Of a stretch of 64,000 nt of DNA, positions 61,801-64,000 are shown one piece after another. The notes beneath the pieces were generated by a model. The model saw only the letters and a program-made list of their open reading frames with translations. It searched no databases and was not told the DNA's origin. Position 1 is the stretch's first letter. Every line of letters begins with the position of its first letter. This DNA is from Raillietiella orientalis (taxonomy: Eukaryota), in assembly GCA_036172245.1 (NCBI GenBank), contig JAYWIR010000041.1, forward strand, positions 620,001 to 684,000. Reading direction: 5' to 3'. A program made the translations under genes and the position numbers.

Positions 61801-63655
61801 TATTTGCTTTTCATTATCAGTGAATATTTTTCTCTGTCCGCCTGCTAAGAACTCCAACAAATAGTACAGTAGATAAGATTTTTTTTCATATGGTATGTGC
61901 CTTTCTTTTCATCCCTATGTCTTTCTCTCGTAGAACCAGGGAGTTTTGTGCAGATGAATCGCAACACATCCGCTTCCCAAAACTCTTCACTTCCTCTTAA
62001 GTTAGGCCTGAAACCTTCCTTGCCCCCCTCTTGCTTTTTCTAATGGTCCACCATACAAGTAGTGGCAGGAAATTCTTGGAGACCACGGCAGACATTCGAA
62101 AGCTCTATTTTAGCTATCTTTTAATAACTAGTAATCACTCTTTCTTCTGTGCCTTTGAAGTATGCGTGACTTGATGTGAAATGCGTGTTGCCACTTTGTG
62201 CGATGGTCATACCGCACTTGTCACGTTTCTATCCGAATATCACACTTTTTTTTCTTTCTTTTTTTCTTTCTTGCTAACAGTTTCCTTTTTCTTGTCGAAA
62301 CAAGTGCTCCTGCTATGCTCACTAGGTAATGATAACGGAAACGAAATCGCATCCATCCCATCCCGTGTAAACGTTGCCACTTCCGGAGGCTTTTTGCCCT
62401 AATTCTATGTTTTTCTTAAATGCTCCGTGATCATCCCTACCTCTCTCTCTGCCGTGCTAGTTTTCAAATGGCTCCTTCTTCTACGTCTTCTATGCTAGAA
62501 GGCTCTTGTTTTATTCCTCAATTCCTTCAAAAAACCAAATTTTTTTTTTTTTGGCTCCTGATATCGTTTTCATTTTATTGGGTTTTCATCACCTGCACCA
62601 AAGTTACAACTGATTATTCAGTGGCTGATAATTGCATCATGTTCAAAGAGCAAAAGTATCATGTTCTTATAAGCACAAGGCTTTTTTTTTTTTTTGTCCT
62701 CCAGTGTATGTGACCAAGCAGTGTTTGCTGCCTGTGGGCCAAAGGGTCTGCGTGGTTGTGGGAAGCTGCCTGTTTAATCTCTGCTGTTAGAGCTGCGGGG
62801 AACAAAATGACCACCAGCTTTTGTCTATAATCTTAGCATGTATTCAACGTATTATGTTATTTTCTTTTATTTCACTGCTTACCGTTTCACAGCTTGGTCT
62901 GGCAATGAAACGGAGATGCTGGAAGACTGATCAAATCCAAGAATTAGGTTAATGTCAAGCGCGCACAGTGTATATTCAGCCTTTCTTGTGCTGAAGAATT
63001 TTCGTCTATTCAGATTTGGCACCTTGAATTGATAGACATTTAGAACTACATTGGCGTGACCTTCAAGTAATCGTTTGTTATCACAAGTCTGTACTTTTTG
63101 GTGAATGATTGTGGACTTCGAAAGCATCGCGATTTACGTGATGTAATGAAAAATCTTTCCTCTGTGCAGCTTTGTGAGGAATCCTTGCAGGCTCCTCTCT
63201 GCTGCTGCTGTCCCCCCAACGTATTGGTGCTCGGGGACATATGTGGCATTTTTAGTGGTTCGCGAGGAAACCAAATCCAGCCGAAAAAGAACAGTTTTTC
63301 CATCGGGTGGTTGGACCACCATGTCGTAATCACATAATTGCGGAACTGCGCATCTTCTCATCTTTGCCAGATTTTATGCAATATGTTACTTAGACCTAAA
63401 TGTTATTTAAACCTAAATGTAACGGAGACTACTTTGATCGTTCTACATTTACAGTGACACTAATGCAGTCATTTATGTTATTCCAGTATTTGCCATTGTG
63501 CTTACGTTTCATTCATTTTTTTGATTAATTAGAAACCGTCCATGGTAGAACTTGTGCAGTTTTAGAAGGGACGAAAGTTTTGTTCCCGGTTTGGTCATCA
63601 AAGAATTTTGGCTATTTAAAAGGATCTAAAGTTCCCAAGTTGACCATTTAACAGA

Positions 63656-63761
63656 ATGTCTAAGGCAAAAAAAATCCTAGAAGATGCCATTGCCAATGGG
63701 AATCCAGAGATTGACTTGGTCAATAAAGGAGTATCATCTTTGGAAGACTTACCACAGCTAA
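63656..63761 (+). CDS. Rsu1: Ras suppressor protein 1 (LRR protein; Drosophila icarus), first coding exon
   Basis: MSKAKKILEDAIANGNPEIDLVNKGVSSLEDLPQL closely matches the RSU-1 N-terminus. Preceded by an acceptor (ttaacag) and followed by a gtaag donor. Confidence 0.9.
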
Positions 63762-63813
63762 GTAAGAACATATAACTTGTAAAGTTAAAGTCTCCATAAC
63801 ATGAATCTTGTAG

Positions 63814-63864
63814 CTGATTTAACGTTTATCACCCGCCTGACACTCAGCCATAACAAAATCAAAG
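63814..63864 (+). CDS. Rsu1: Ras suppressor protein 1, second coding exon (gene continues beyond the window)
   Basis: After a 52-nt GT-AG intron: (T)DLTFITRLTLSHNKIK, the RSU-1 first LRR (ITRLTLSHNK). Ends at a gtaaaa donor. Confidence 0.9.
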
Positions 63865-64000
63865 GTAAAAAATTCATGTTTATTGTTTGCAGCATGCATT
63901 ATTTTATGACTTCCTGAAGTTCACTTCTCATAAAACTCATAAAACTTTATAAACAAAAGGTCTCATAAAACTTTATAAATGCTTACTTGGTAACCATCGT

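Noticed and set aside
62700..63361. Gene divergent from Rsu1 on the minus strand (MRRCAVPQLCDYDMVVQPPDGK...)
   Set aside because: Splice-like signals exist, but the joins tried hit stops and no family was recognised.
1..64000. CRISPR arrays, rRNA or prokaryotic operons
   Set aside because: No regularly spaced repeat-spacer array, rRNA motif or dense ORF packing. Spliceosomal introns show the DNA is eukaryotic.

Overview
Eukaryotic (animal, probably arthropod-like) genomic DNA with short GT-AG introns. Most of positions ~1.7-54 kb is a graveyard of one decayed non-LTR retrotransposon group of L1/Tx1 type: a 5'UTR with a YY1/ETS-like start, a gag-like ORF1, and an ORF2 with APE endonuclease, RT and a C-terminal CxxC...H...C zf-RVT knuckle. 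Six insertions bounded by target-site duplications (TSDs) can be reconstructed by eye. All six sit inside older relics of the same retroelement type, and five are antisense to their host. The elements lack a long poly(A) tail. They end in AATAAA-CGCCCCGGCG-nnn-CC(G)GGTG-nAA, and their 3'UTR carries a hairpin with compensatory base changes between copies. Also present are a tRNA-derived SINE head, a Tc1/mariner(Tigger/pogo)-like MITE and microsatellites. The AT-rich right end carries an atypical small heat-shock (alpha-crystallin domain) gene with a ~357-aa C-terminal extension, plus the first two coding exons of Ras suppressor-1 (Rsu1/icarus). Most GC-rich ORFs in the supplied track are by-products of the decayed retroelements. 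No prokaryotic systems (CRISPR, operons) are supported. All homology calls are by motif recognition, not database search.
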